From: a virus
Taxonomy: Duplodnaviria > Caudoviricetes
Virus record (IMG/VR): IMGVR_UViG_3300037515_000373
Span: 1-31,390 of that record
Strand: one strand, 5' to 3'
Length of the DNA stretch: 31,390 bases
The notes under the pieces are model-generated. The model searched no databases, was not told the DNA's origin, and was given only the letters and a program-made list of their open reading frames with translations. The first letter of the stretch is position 1, and each line of letters begins with the position of its first letter. The position numbers and the translations under genes are program-made. Shown in pieces: positions 17,882 to 25,369 of this stretch.

Positions 17882-18123
17882 GGGGGAGCTATGGGGGAGA
17901 AATCTCACACAGCAAACTTGGGCCATGGCGGGGGAGAGGGGTAGTGGGGGAGGACCCCAAAAACAGTTTTGGACAACATGATTCGATCCCTAAGAAAACT
18001 CTGAGAGTGAGAAACATGCGTTTATCAGCACATATAGTATATATATATAATTTATCCAGTCGTGTGTGTACTCCCCCCAAGGTTTTCCCTTCCAATACTC
18101 CCCCAGAAGCTCCCCCCTCCCCC
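17882..18123. other. putative replication origin with inverted iterons
   Basis: 4x GGGGGAG then AT-rich core (18032-18054) then 4x CTCCCCC, directly after primase-helicase. Confidence 0.65.
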
Positions 18124-18168
18124 AGATCGGGCGTGCAACGAGCTAAGCAGCGAAAGAGCTAAAAGGCA

Positions 18169-18768
18169 GTGATCCTTGAATGTCCGTGCACACGAGGCAC
18201 TTACGACGACGCCAAATTTCACTCGTGCTATCAGTGCTACCTGGATCGTCAGGACTCACTCACGCAGTGCATCCATTGCTCCCGATGGCACACACCCAAA
18301 TACGCCATGTGCTGGACCTGTCGACAAGAGCGCGGCTCACGCGGCGACGACGCGGCCAATGCACTGCGGCTGGAGATCCTGTTGCGCGACGGCTTCGCGT
18401 GCTACGGCTGCGGCTCACACGACACGCCCCAGGTCGCCCATCTGGCACATCCCCCCGATGGCCGGGTGTGGAATCTGGCGACAGCCTGCCGGGCATGCCT
18501 GCGCAGTCCTGACGGGCAGGCGACGGCGGCGCGGCGGTATGTGCTGATGTGTACCTACCTGACATTCGGATGGAAGTGGATAGACCTGGCAGACCGAGAA
18601 GTGTTGTGCGCCCAGGCATTACAGGCGAGCACCCAGCGTAATGACAAGCGCTACAGCTTCGCCCGGTTCGCGCATTTTCGCGAAAGTATCGGTGCCGCAA
18701 GCTATTTGAGCGTCCCCCCACCATGGGCTGTGCTCATGGCCGACGCAGACACGGCAGATGTGAGATGA
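18169..18768 (+). CDS. Zn-binding HNH-like protein
   Basis: Several CxxC; LRLEILLRDGFACYGCG...VAHL...NLATACRAC. Confidence 0.75.
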   Translation: MILECPCTRGTYDDAKFHSCYQCYLDRQDSLTQCIHCSRWHTPKYAMCWTCRQERGSRGDDAANALRLEILLRDGFACYGCGSHDTPQVAHLAHPPDGRVWNLATACRACLRSPDGQATAARRYVLMCTYLTFGWKWIDLADREVLCAQALQASTQRNDKRYSFARFAHFRESIGAASYLSVPPPWAVLMADADTADVR

Positions 18769-18774
18769 CCCACG

Positions 18775-19134
18775 ATGGCAGCCAAGAAACCGGCACCCCA
18801 GCATTTGATCTCCACCCCGCCCCGGCGCAGCCAGTGCCGACGTTGCGGTGCCTACGTGCTGTGGTGCTATGTCAAAGGCACGGGGAGGCGGCTGGACCCC
18901 ACGCCGGTCACACTGCACGGGGAGGCGGTCGCACTGCTGGCCGGGGCGCATACGTACATGGTGGCGATCCTGGGGCGTCACGGGCCGGTGCTGCGCAGCG
19001 CGGCGATGATCACGCGCGGCCTACCGGAGTACGGGCGCATTCATGCTGGGCACCTCTGTGGGCTGGATTTGAGTCACTACCCCGATGGCCGGGTGTGGTT
19101 TGCCGATGCGAGCCCCGAAATCTGCCCGTTTTGA
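18775..19134 (+). CDS. hypothetical protein with Zn ribbon
   Basis: CRRCGAYVLW...LDPTP...HLC; ends in PF. Confidence 0.7.
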   Translation: MAAKKPAPQHLISTPPRRSQCRRCGAYVLWCYVKGTGRRLDPTPVTLHGEAVALLAGAHTYMVAILGRHGPVLRSAAMITRGLPEYGRIHAGHLCGLDLSHYPDGRVWFADASPEICPF

Positions 19135-19210
19135 GGCTCACGGGCACCGACACCCGCGAAAAGCCTGTACGGGGCTCAGAATGGCGCTCAGCGCTCAGAA
19201 AGGGGCTCTG

Positions 19211-19696
19211 ATGGCCGGGCCGGTGCTATGCGTGGACTGCATCAAAGAGGGTGTGACGACGTTTCGCGCCATCGTGGAGGGGTGCGGGCCGCGTACGCCC
19301 TTGTGTTTGACGCACAAACGGGCGCGCAAGAAAGCCGCCAGTGCCCGAGCCCATGAGTTGCGCACTGAAAAGAATTTCGAGATCAGCGCCGAACTGTATT
19401 GGGATCTGTATGCGGCTCAGGGTGGGCGCTGCTATGTGTGCCGGGTGGCATCGGGCAAAACCAAACGCCTTGCCGTCGAACACGATCACGAGGTGGCTAA
19501 AAACGAGTGCGGCCATGATCCGGCCAAGGGCTGCCCGCATTGCATCAGGGGTTTGGCGTGCGGGCGGTGTAATCGGCTGGTGGCGTTCCTGGGGCCAGAT
19601 GCATTGGCGCGGGCGATCACGTTGCAAGTCAATCCACCGGCACAACGATTCTTCAAGGGGGAGGTGATCGAAGAATGCCAAGATATCGGGGCGTGA
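19211..19696 (+). CDS. endonuclease VII (Holliday junction resolvase)-like
   Basis: YAAQGGRCYVC...LAVEHDH...IRGLACGRCN. Confidence 0.88.
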   Translation: MAGPVLCVDCIKEGVTTFRAIVEGCGPRTPLCLTHKRARKKAASARAHELRTEKNFEISAELYWDLYAAQGGRCYVCRVASGKTKRLAVEHDHEVAKNECGHDPAKGCPHCIRGLACGRCNRLVAFLGPDALARAITLQVNPPAQRFFKGEVIEECQDIGA

Positions 19697-19971
19697 AATC
19701 CGATGTGCCCCAAGGGGTGACGGCGGTGCTGGCCAACGGGATTCGCATCCCGTGCCAGGTGCTACGCAACGGCAGGGATATCAGCGGCTATCCGAAGTTT
19801 CGCATTGTGGCAGAACTGGATTGGCGGCGTCATCAGATCGTGCGTGTCGAAGTCGAGTATTGGCCCGATGACACGTCGCTGGCGCTGGACATGGCCGATG
19901 CCACGCCCGGCGAATGCGGAATGTATGCCAGTAAAATCGAATGGGTTGAAAAGGGAAGGGCTGCACCATGA
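19675..19971 (+). CDS. hypothetical protein
   Basis: RBS GGAGGTG. Confidence 0.7.
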   Translation: MPRYRGVKSDVPQGVTAVLANGIRIPCQVLRNGRDISGYPKFRIVAELDWRRHQIVRVEVEYWPDDTSLALDMADATPGECGMYASKIEWVEKGRAAP

Positions 19972-20210
19972 ATGAGGTTCAACACGAGGCGAACATGGCA
20001 TTGGAGCGGGCGCGCAGTCAGGTCAAGCTGAAGCGCCACGAGCTATGCGCGGCTAGGCGGGCTGAGTACGCGGCGCTGGGCACGCTGCGCGAAGCGGTGC
20101 GGCGTGATCCTGAATCCTGGTACGGGACAAGTCCTACGGGCGAAGCCCTTGGACAAAGCGCTCCAGCTTCGCTGGAGAGCGCGCCCGGTTTCAAAGATAA
20201 AGCGGTGTGA
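19968..20210 (+). CDS. hypothetical protein
   Basis: ATGA overlap. Confidence 0.6.
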   Translation: MNEVQHEANMALERARSQVKLKRHELCAARRAEYAALGTLREAVRRDPESWYGTSPTGEALGQSAPASLESAPGFKDKAV

Positions 20211-20211
20211 G

Positions 20212-21072
20212 ATGGCGACATGCCAGGCCGGGGCGGCGTGCTGTGATTCGCGGATCGTCAGCGGTGAACGCCAGCCGGTGGACGGCATCGACGGGGTGTT
20301 GTGTGCGCAATGCCTTAGCGCACTGCGTCAATCGGTGCGCAACCTGGTCAGCGACTACAGCGCTCTTGGCGCTCTTGTAGGTGAGCGTCCGGTGACCGGC
20401 GATATCTCGGTGTCCATGACGCCCGATCCGGTGGTGCCCATCAACGTGCATGTGATGGCGCTGCAAGACGAATTGGCTGCCAATGCCGAAGCCGCATTGC
20501 TGGCGGTGAGGGACAAGCTGAGTGCTCCAGTGCCGGTGCGGCAAAGAGGCCGGGGCTATCCGGTGCGCAACGGGCCGGTGATCCTGATGGCGCACAAGGT
20601 GTTTCGTCCCGATGTGGGGTTGCTGGTGAATGCTGGGGCAGATATTGCGGTGAGGATCATGCGCGCCCATCGCAAGGTGAATTCCGTTGTGGGAGAGCGC
20701 AAACAACGTCGGCGGCTGGCGATGCCATGCCCGATGGACGAGTGTGGTATGCCGACACTGGGGATCGACAACGGCGAAACCGATGTGACCTGCCGTAGCT
20801 GCGGCGGGCGCTGGACCGAAGCGGAGTATGAATGGTTCGCCGGAATGATCACCGGCTCAACAGATCAGAAAGAGGTACACATGCTGCGCTGGTTGCTCGC
20901 TGAAAAGACTTGGCAGGTAGCACAATTAGAGCAATTCTGCGACAACACCGACGACATGCTAGCCAAGGTCAAAGCGATAGCCGGTAATGATCTCAGCCAG
21001 TTCGATACGGCTACCGTACAGGCGTACCTGGTGGAAACGCTGGGTGATTGGGCACCAGGGCAATGGATGTAG
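20212..21072 (+). CDS. Zn-finger phage protein, putative transcriptional regulator
   Basis: LCAQC near N-terminus; PCPMDECG...VTCRSCGGRW; last gene of the + strand block. Confidence 0.7.
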   Translation: MATCQAGAACCDSRIVSGERQPVDGIDGVLCAQCLSALRQSVRNLVSDYSALGALVGERPVTGDISVSMTPDPVVPINVHVMALQDELAANAEAALLAVRDKLSAPVPVRQRGRGYPVRNGPVILMAHKVFRPDVGLLVNAGADIAVRIMRAHRKVNSVVGERKQRRRLAMPCPMDECGMPTLGIDNGETDVTCRSCGGRWTEAEYEWFAGMITGSTDQKEVHMLRWLLAEKTWQVAQLEQFCDNTDDMLAKVKAIAGNDLSQFDTATVQAYLVETLGDWAPGQWM

Positions 21073-21096
21073 TACGGGCGTACCAGAATTTTGGGC

Positions 21097-21192
21097 AAAA
21101 AAATAGCGCCGGTCCAAACCCGTTGAATGTCTTGGGGTTTGGAGCGCGGCGCTAAGCCCCGCAGCAAGGCGGCTAAACCTCACTGCGGGGCT
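21097..21192 (-). terminator. tandem hairpins between convergent operons
   Basis: AGCCCCGCAG/CTGCGGGGCT (21155-64/21183-92, extended by G-U pairs on - strand); TCCAAACCC/GGGTTTGGA (21113-21/21135-43) followed by a U7 tract on the - strand. Confidence 0.7.
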
Positions 21193-21197
21193 CTTGT

Positions 21198-21308
21198 TCA
21201 TTCGCCGGTCATTACCTCCAGCGGATTGGTGCCGGGCACATAGCTGCCGGGCGGGTCAGCCAGTCCCAGTAGGAACCTGATTAAGGCATCCATATCGGTG
21301 CTGTCCAT
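21198..21308 (-). CDS. small hypothetical protein (36 aa)
   Basis: MDSTDMDALIRFLLGLADPPGSYVPGTNPLEVMTGE; RBS GAGGTG, starts just after upstream stop. Confidence 0.5.
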   Translation of the reverse strand: MDSTDMDALIRFLLGLADPPGSYVPGTNPLEVMTGE

Positions 21309-21309
21309 G

Positions 21310-21711
21310 TCATTTCACCTCCGATGCGTAATCGATGCTGAGCACGTTGGCCCCCAGCTTCTCGGCGGCACGCACTGCGATGTGCCGGTGCCAGGCCGGG
21401 GGCATCTCATCGGCCCACCCGGTGATCTCGGCGGGCACCAAGAGGTGCTGACCCCCGGTGACCACCTGGTAGGCGTCAACCGCCTCGTGCGCCCGCTGAC
21501 GCATCAGTGTCAACAGGCTGGCCGCGCGCTGCGGCACGGTGCCACCGGGCGATTCCCAGCGCAGCACCGCACGCGGGCCGACGCCTAGTTGCACAGCTAC
21601 CCACTGAGTGCTCAACCCCAGATATTCACGCAGGCAACGGAATTCGGCAGGCGACATGGTCTGTGGCAGTAGGGCCGTTAGTTCGTCGTCGCTGTATTCG
21701 GACAATCTCAT
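21310..21711 (-). CDS. Aca2/YdiL (DUF1870)-like HTH regulator
   Basis: MSPAEFRCLREYLGLSTQWVAVQLGVGPRAVLRWE...VP and C-terminal PPAWHRHIAVR. Confidence 0.75.
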   Translation of the reverse strand: MRLSEYSDDELTALLPQTMSPAEFRCLREYLGLSTQWVAVQLGVGPRAVLRWESPGGTVPQRAASLLTLMRQRAHEAVDAYQVVTGGQHLLVPAEITGWADEMPPAWHRHIAVRAAEKLGANVLSIDYASEVK

Positions 21712-21851
21712 GGGCTTTCCTTTCTGTACTCGATACCGAAACCGATACCGTGCTCATGTATTTCGATGGCGGGATTGCCACCTGTGAGGATTGCCAGCAG
21801 CACCGTGTTGAACACGGCAGCCGTGGGCAGCAGCCAGAAGTCAGGAATCAT
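21708..21851 (-). CDS. small hydrophobic protein (47 aa)
   Basis: ATG 21851 after purine-rich RBS; ATGA overlap with HTH gene. Confidence 0.55.
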   Translation of the reverse strand: MIPDFWLLPTAAVFNTVLLAILTGGNPAIEIHEHGIGFGIEYRKESP

Positions 21852-21889
21852 GGCGTGCTCTCTTTCTACTTGGTGATGGTGTGATGGTT

Positions 21890-21942
21890 GAATCCATCTA
21901 GCAGCACAGCGACCTGAAAGCCGCTGTGCCACCCGTTGATTC
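21890..21942 (-). repeat. 53-nt structured repeat, copy A
   Basis: GAAUCAACGGGUGGCACAGCGGCUUUCAGGUCGCUGUGCUGCUAGAUGGAUUC. Confidence 0.9.
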
Positions 21943-21977
21943 ATCCTCCTAGCTTCGCAGGCAAAGCCTGCTCGCAA

Positions 21978-22316
21978 CTAGTGTGTTGACCAGGTCTGCC
22001 CACCATCGTGGCTGTGAACCCCGGCGGCGATCACCTTGCGGTCCACGCTGCGCCCGGCCAATTGCTCAGCGCGGGCTAGCGCCATTTTGGTCGCTGCCGA
22101 GCCCTTTGCCGACACCAGCCGGTATATGCAGGCGTCAGTCATGCGGGCGCGGTCAGCATCGGGGATGCCGTCGAACGTGATGGCACCCTGCGGGCCGACC
22201 TTGGCTTTGATCTTGCGCGAGGCCAGCATTTTGTCGATTTTCGCGACAGCCTGGCGAACCTCTGCAATGCGTTGCGCGGGTGTCTGATTGGGCAACCGCA
22301 TCAAGTCACATGCCAT
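21978..22316 (-). CDS. hypothetical protein (112 aa), AAA-ATPase-associated
   Basis: RBS GGAGG; N-terminal MACD, C-terminal GVHSHDGGQTWSTH. Confidence 0.85.
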   Translation of the reverse strand: MACDLMRLPNQTPAQRIAEVRQAVAKIDKMLASRKIKAKVGPQGAITFDGIPDADRARMTDACIYRLVSAKGSAATKMALARAEQLAGRSVDRKVIAAGVHSHDGGQTWSTH

Positions 22317-22441
22317 GATTTATACCTCCGTGATTCGTGTGATGTCGGGCCACACATGCGCACTGTGTTTTGCCACGGCAGCACATCGGCTACCGTGCCC
22401 ACGAGTGTTTCTGTGCGCCAATCGAATTCGACCTATGGCGA

Positions 22442-23191
22442 TCATGCGTCGTCGTCCAGATCGATGCTGCGCACATCGACCACAACCTGGATGTCGTCGG
22501 GGTGTTCCCCTTCGGTGTCCAGGTCCAGGAACGACGTACGGGCATTGTCGATTTTCTCGATGGTGACCTTGTCGATTTCCAGCGCCACATCCTCACCGGC
22601 TGCCTTGATTTTGGTGGCAGCGGCACGGGCAACCGAAATCGCTTCGGTCAGACGCTCTTTGGCGTCATCGGAGAGCATTTCGCCCAGCGATTTGGCCTGA
22701 TTGCAGGCGTCCCGCACAGCTTTGACATCCAGCTTCGCGAGCCCAGTTTGCATGGTGGACATCAGGTTTCGCACCTCTTCTGAGATGGCCCGCACTGCCT
22801 CCACGTCATCCTGAGCCACCCGGCCACAGATCACACTGACCTGTACCCGCGTAATCTCTGATCCGGCGTTGAATTCGTCGGCTAGCTTGCGTGCTTCAGC
22901 CACGGTGGCCATCAGCACGTCGGCTTTGTCTTCGGGGCACAGCAGTCCGTGATCAGACTTCGCGCAGACGCCCCGAATGAGGTTGGACACCTTGTTACGC
23001 ACCTTGACCGCGTCTTCGTATTCGGCGGGGTCGCTGATGATGCGCTCGGTTTCCCAGCGGGCGCGCTCTTCGCCGGTAGCGGTGAGGTGGGCGCGCTCCA
23101 GATCCTCTTTGCGGTACTGGATGTTTCCGTTGATGCCCGTCTTCAGGCTGACCAACAGACCAGGCCGCAAGGTGCGGATGGTTTCAGACAT
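22442..23191 (-). CDS. helical hypothetical protein (249 aa), AAA-ATPase-associated
   Basis: RBS AAGGGAG; alpha/beta N-half, helical C-half, acidic tail. Confidence 0.85.
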   Translation of the reverse strand: MSETIRTLRPGLLVSLKTGINGNIQYRKEDLERAHLTATGEERARWETERIISDPAEYEDAVKVRNKVSNLIRGVCAKSDHGLLCPEDKADVLMATVAEARKLADEFNAGSEITRVQVSVICGRVAQDDVEAVRAISEEVRNLMSTMQTGLAKLDVKAVRDACNQAKSLGEMLSDDAKERLTEAISVARAAATKIKAAGEDVALEIDKVTIEKIDNARTSFLDLDTEGEHPDDIQVVVDVRSIDLDDDA

Positions 23192-23227
23192 TTCGATCTC
23201 CCTTGGTTGTGTGATGGTGATGGTTGT

Positions 23228-23280
23228 GAATCCATCTAGCAGCGCAGCGACCCGAAAGCCGCTGCGCCACCCGTTGATTC
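23228..23280 (-). repeat. 53-nt structured repeat, copy B
   Basis: GAAUCAACGGGUGGCGCAGCGGCUUUCGGGUCGCUGCGCUGCUAGAUGGAUUC; 50/53 identical to copy A. Confidence 0.9.
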
Positions 23281-23289
23281 ACCTCCTAG

Positions 23290-24858
23290 TTAAAAATCTA
23301 GCTGCCGTTCACTGCCTTTACCCTTGCCCTTGGGCGCGGTGGTGGCGGTGCTGGTGGCTTCGCGGGCGAAATCGGGGCGCTGCTTGTCAGAGCCCTTGGG
23401 TTTCACCAGCTTTGCCGCTGCCACAATATCCTCTGTGGTGATTTCGCGGGCACCCTCATTGAAAGCCACGAACATGCTTTCCGGTATGAGAGCGGCGATT
23501 TCAGCTCCAGAGAATTGGTGTGTGGCTGAGGCGACTGCTTCCAGATCGATGCCGATGGTGTCGGCATTACGTCCGTGAGAGCGTAGCGCTGCGGCGACAA
23601 CGCCTTGGCGCTCAACATCGTTGGGCAGCCCCACCCAAAACACTTCATCGAAACGCCCCTTACGCAGTAGCTCGGGCGGCAGCTTGTCCACTGCGTTTGC
23701 CGTCGCTACCACAAAGGCCTCTGAGGTGCGGTCGTTCATCCACGAGAGCAGCGCTCCGAGAGCATCGGCAGACACCCCGCCATCGCCAGCTTCCCCGCTG
23801 GCACCGGCTAGTGCCTTTTCGATCTCGTCAATGACAATGACGCATCGGCCAATGGCCTCAATGGTGTTGAACGCCTGGCGAATGCTGGCCTCTGACTGCC
23901 CGACGTACTTACCTTTCAGGGCGTTCAGATCCAGCTTGATCAGCGGCACTTGCCATTCGGCGGCAAGGGCTTTGGCAGAAAGTGTCTTACCGCAGCCGGG
24001 CACGCCCAACAGCAGCGCACCCTTGGGTGCCGGTAGCCCATACTCGCGGGCAGCCGGGGAATAGGCACTAGAGCGTGCCGTCACCCAAATTTTCCATTGA
24101 TCAAGCCCGCCAACGGCTTCCATGCCACCGGGCAGCGGGGTCAGCCATTCCAGGCCGCTCCCGCGAATCGCCTGCTGCTTCTCGGCAGCAATGGTGGCCG
24201 GATCAATCCGTTTGGATTGCACCAGCGATTTGGCGAATGTTGCCTGTGCCTCTTCGCCGGAAAGCCCCACGGCGGCGTCGATTGCCGCGTCACGCTGGCC
24301 GTTGACTGCACCCTTACGCACGTCTTCGGGCAGGCTGGCTACTGTCGCATCCAGCAATGCCGCGATTTCTTCGCGGTCAGGTAACGGCCAATCGATCACC
24401 GTGGCATGGTTTTTCAACTCTGAGGGCACCTCAGCGCTAGGGCTGATCACGATGATTGCCTGCGCGCTGTGGCGTGGCTGGTTGGGTAACCAGCGCACCA
24501 GGTTGCGCAACCGTCGCAGCGTCAGCAGACCCGCAGGCGGGCCGAGCCACGAGGGCAGGTCACGCATGATGAACACGTTTCGATTCGGGGTTTCCGGCGA
24601 ACCGGCCTGCTCTCGAATCAAATCCAGTGCCCCATCAGGGTCATCAGAGTTGGGAAACGCGCGATCAGGGGTGCCGTCTATGCTGGTGATCCCAGCGGCG
24701 ACATCCCATGCCCGCGTCATGTATTTGGCCTCTGCTGCTGCTTCGAAAAGGTACTTTTCGACTCGCGCCTCTTCGGTGGTCACTACCCACAGCAACGGGT
24801 TACGTGCCTTGAGTAGCGCCGTGATGTCAGCGGCTTTGGCTTGTGACTTGGTGGTCAT
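23290..24858 (-). CDS. Ycf46-like AAA+ ATPase (522 aa)
   Basis: N-terminal LLKARNPLLWVVTTEEARVE; Walker A GVPGCGKT; pore loop KYVGQSE; Walker B IVIDEIEK; SRH TAN...LPPELLRKGRFDE. Confidence 0.92.
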   Translation of the reverse strand: MTTKSQAKAADITALLKARNPLLWVVTTEEARVEKYLFEAAAEAKYMTRAWDVAAGITSIDGTPDRAFPNSDDPDGALDLIREQAGSPETPNRNVFIMRDLPSWLGPPAGLLTLRRLRNLVRWLPNQPRHSAQAIIVISPSAEVPSELKNHATVIDWPLPDREEIAALLDATVASLPEDVRKGAVNGQRDAAIDAAVGLSGEEAQATFAKSLVQSKRIDPATIAAEKQQAIRGSGLEWLTPLPGGMEAVGGLDQWKIWVTARSSAYSPAAREYGLPAPKGALLLGVPGCGKTLSAKALAAEWQVPLIKLDLNALKGKYVGQSEASIRQAFNTIEAIGRCVIVIDEIEKALAGASGEAGDGGVSADALGALLSWMNDRTSEAFVVATANAVDKLPPELLRKGRFDEVFWVGLPNDVERQGVVAAALRSHGRNADTIGIDLEAVASATHQFSGAEIAALIPESMFVAFNEGAREITTEDIVAAAKLVKPKGSDKQRPDFAREATSTATTAPKGKGKGSERQLDF

Positions 24859-24898
24859 GGTGAATCTCTTTCTCTTGGTGGGTGATTCGATGGATGGT

Positions 24899-24951
24899 GA
24901 ATCCATCCCACGACACACAGAGCCGAAACCCTATGTGCCGGTGGTTGATTC
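24899..24951 (-). repeat. 53-nt structured repeat, copy C (diverged)
   Basis: GAAUCAACCACCGGCACAUAGGGUUUCGGCUCUGUGUGUCGUGGGAUGGAUUC; same ends, length and loop register. Confidence 0.85.
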
Positions 24952-24954
24952 TTT

Positions 24955-25136
24955 GCAGGCAGAGCCTGCTCGCCGTGTGTAGTCGGGCTATGCCCGAATA
25001 CTTCGGGGGCCGGGACCGAATCGAACGGTCGTCATGCTCAACCAGAGCAGCCCATTGCCTAGATCATCGTTATGCATTAGATGCTAGGCCAGCGTTTAAC
25101 CCGCGCTGATGCGGTGTGAAAAGCGTTGTTACGCTT
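24955..25136 (-). ncRNA. structured leader or ncRNA with tRNA-like T-arm
   Basis: GACCG-UUCGAUU-CGGUC (25014-25030) plus several neighbouring hairpins. Confidence 0.5.
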
Positions 25137-25177
25137 GATAAATAAGTATGTGAGCCATCCAAGACGCTTGTAACAAC
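25125..25177 (-). promoter_or_regulatory. candidate leftward promoter flanked by an inverted repeat
   Basis: AT-rich; TTACAA-N17-CATACT on - strand; GTTGTTAC (25125-32) / GTAACAAC (25170-77). Confidence 0.4.
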
Positions 25178-25369
25178 TCAAGCTTTGCCCTCATCGCTTA
25201 CCGTTCAAATGCGTTGTGCCGGTGGTGGTTTCGATGTGTCGGTGGCTATCTCGTACCCGCTGACTTTGCGGTGCGGAGCGCCTGCCTACAGGGAGAGAAA
25301 CCGTCGGTCACAAATTCATCGGCCCAGGTGGGCTGACGGGTTTGTCGCGATGGGGTTTGTTGAGATCCT

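Noticed and set aside
17857-18162. 101-aa ORF after the primase
   Set aside because: Spans the iteron and AT-rich core; composition follows the repeats
24859-24918. Longer 542-aa start for the ATPase, and the 21977 start for the small ORF
   Set aside because: Both extensions run into the conserved hairpin; RBS position and repeat-to-ATG spacing favour 24858 and 21851
21890-24951. 53-nt repeats as a CRISPR array
   Set aside because: Only three copies, separated by whole genes (1.3-1.7 kb), with no spacer periodicity and no cas operon
24122-24982. 286-aa + strand ORF
   Set aside because: Antisense shadow of the AAA ATPase; Ser/Ala/Arg-rich with no motifs
25005-25053. Functional tRNA gene
   Set aside because: No anticodon arm, no 7-bp acceptor stem and no CCA; kept only as a tRNA-like element
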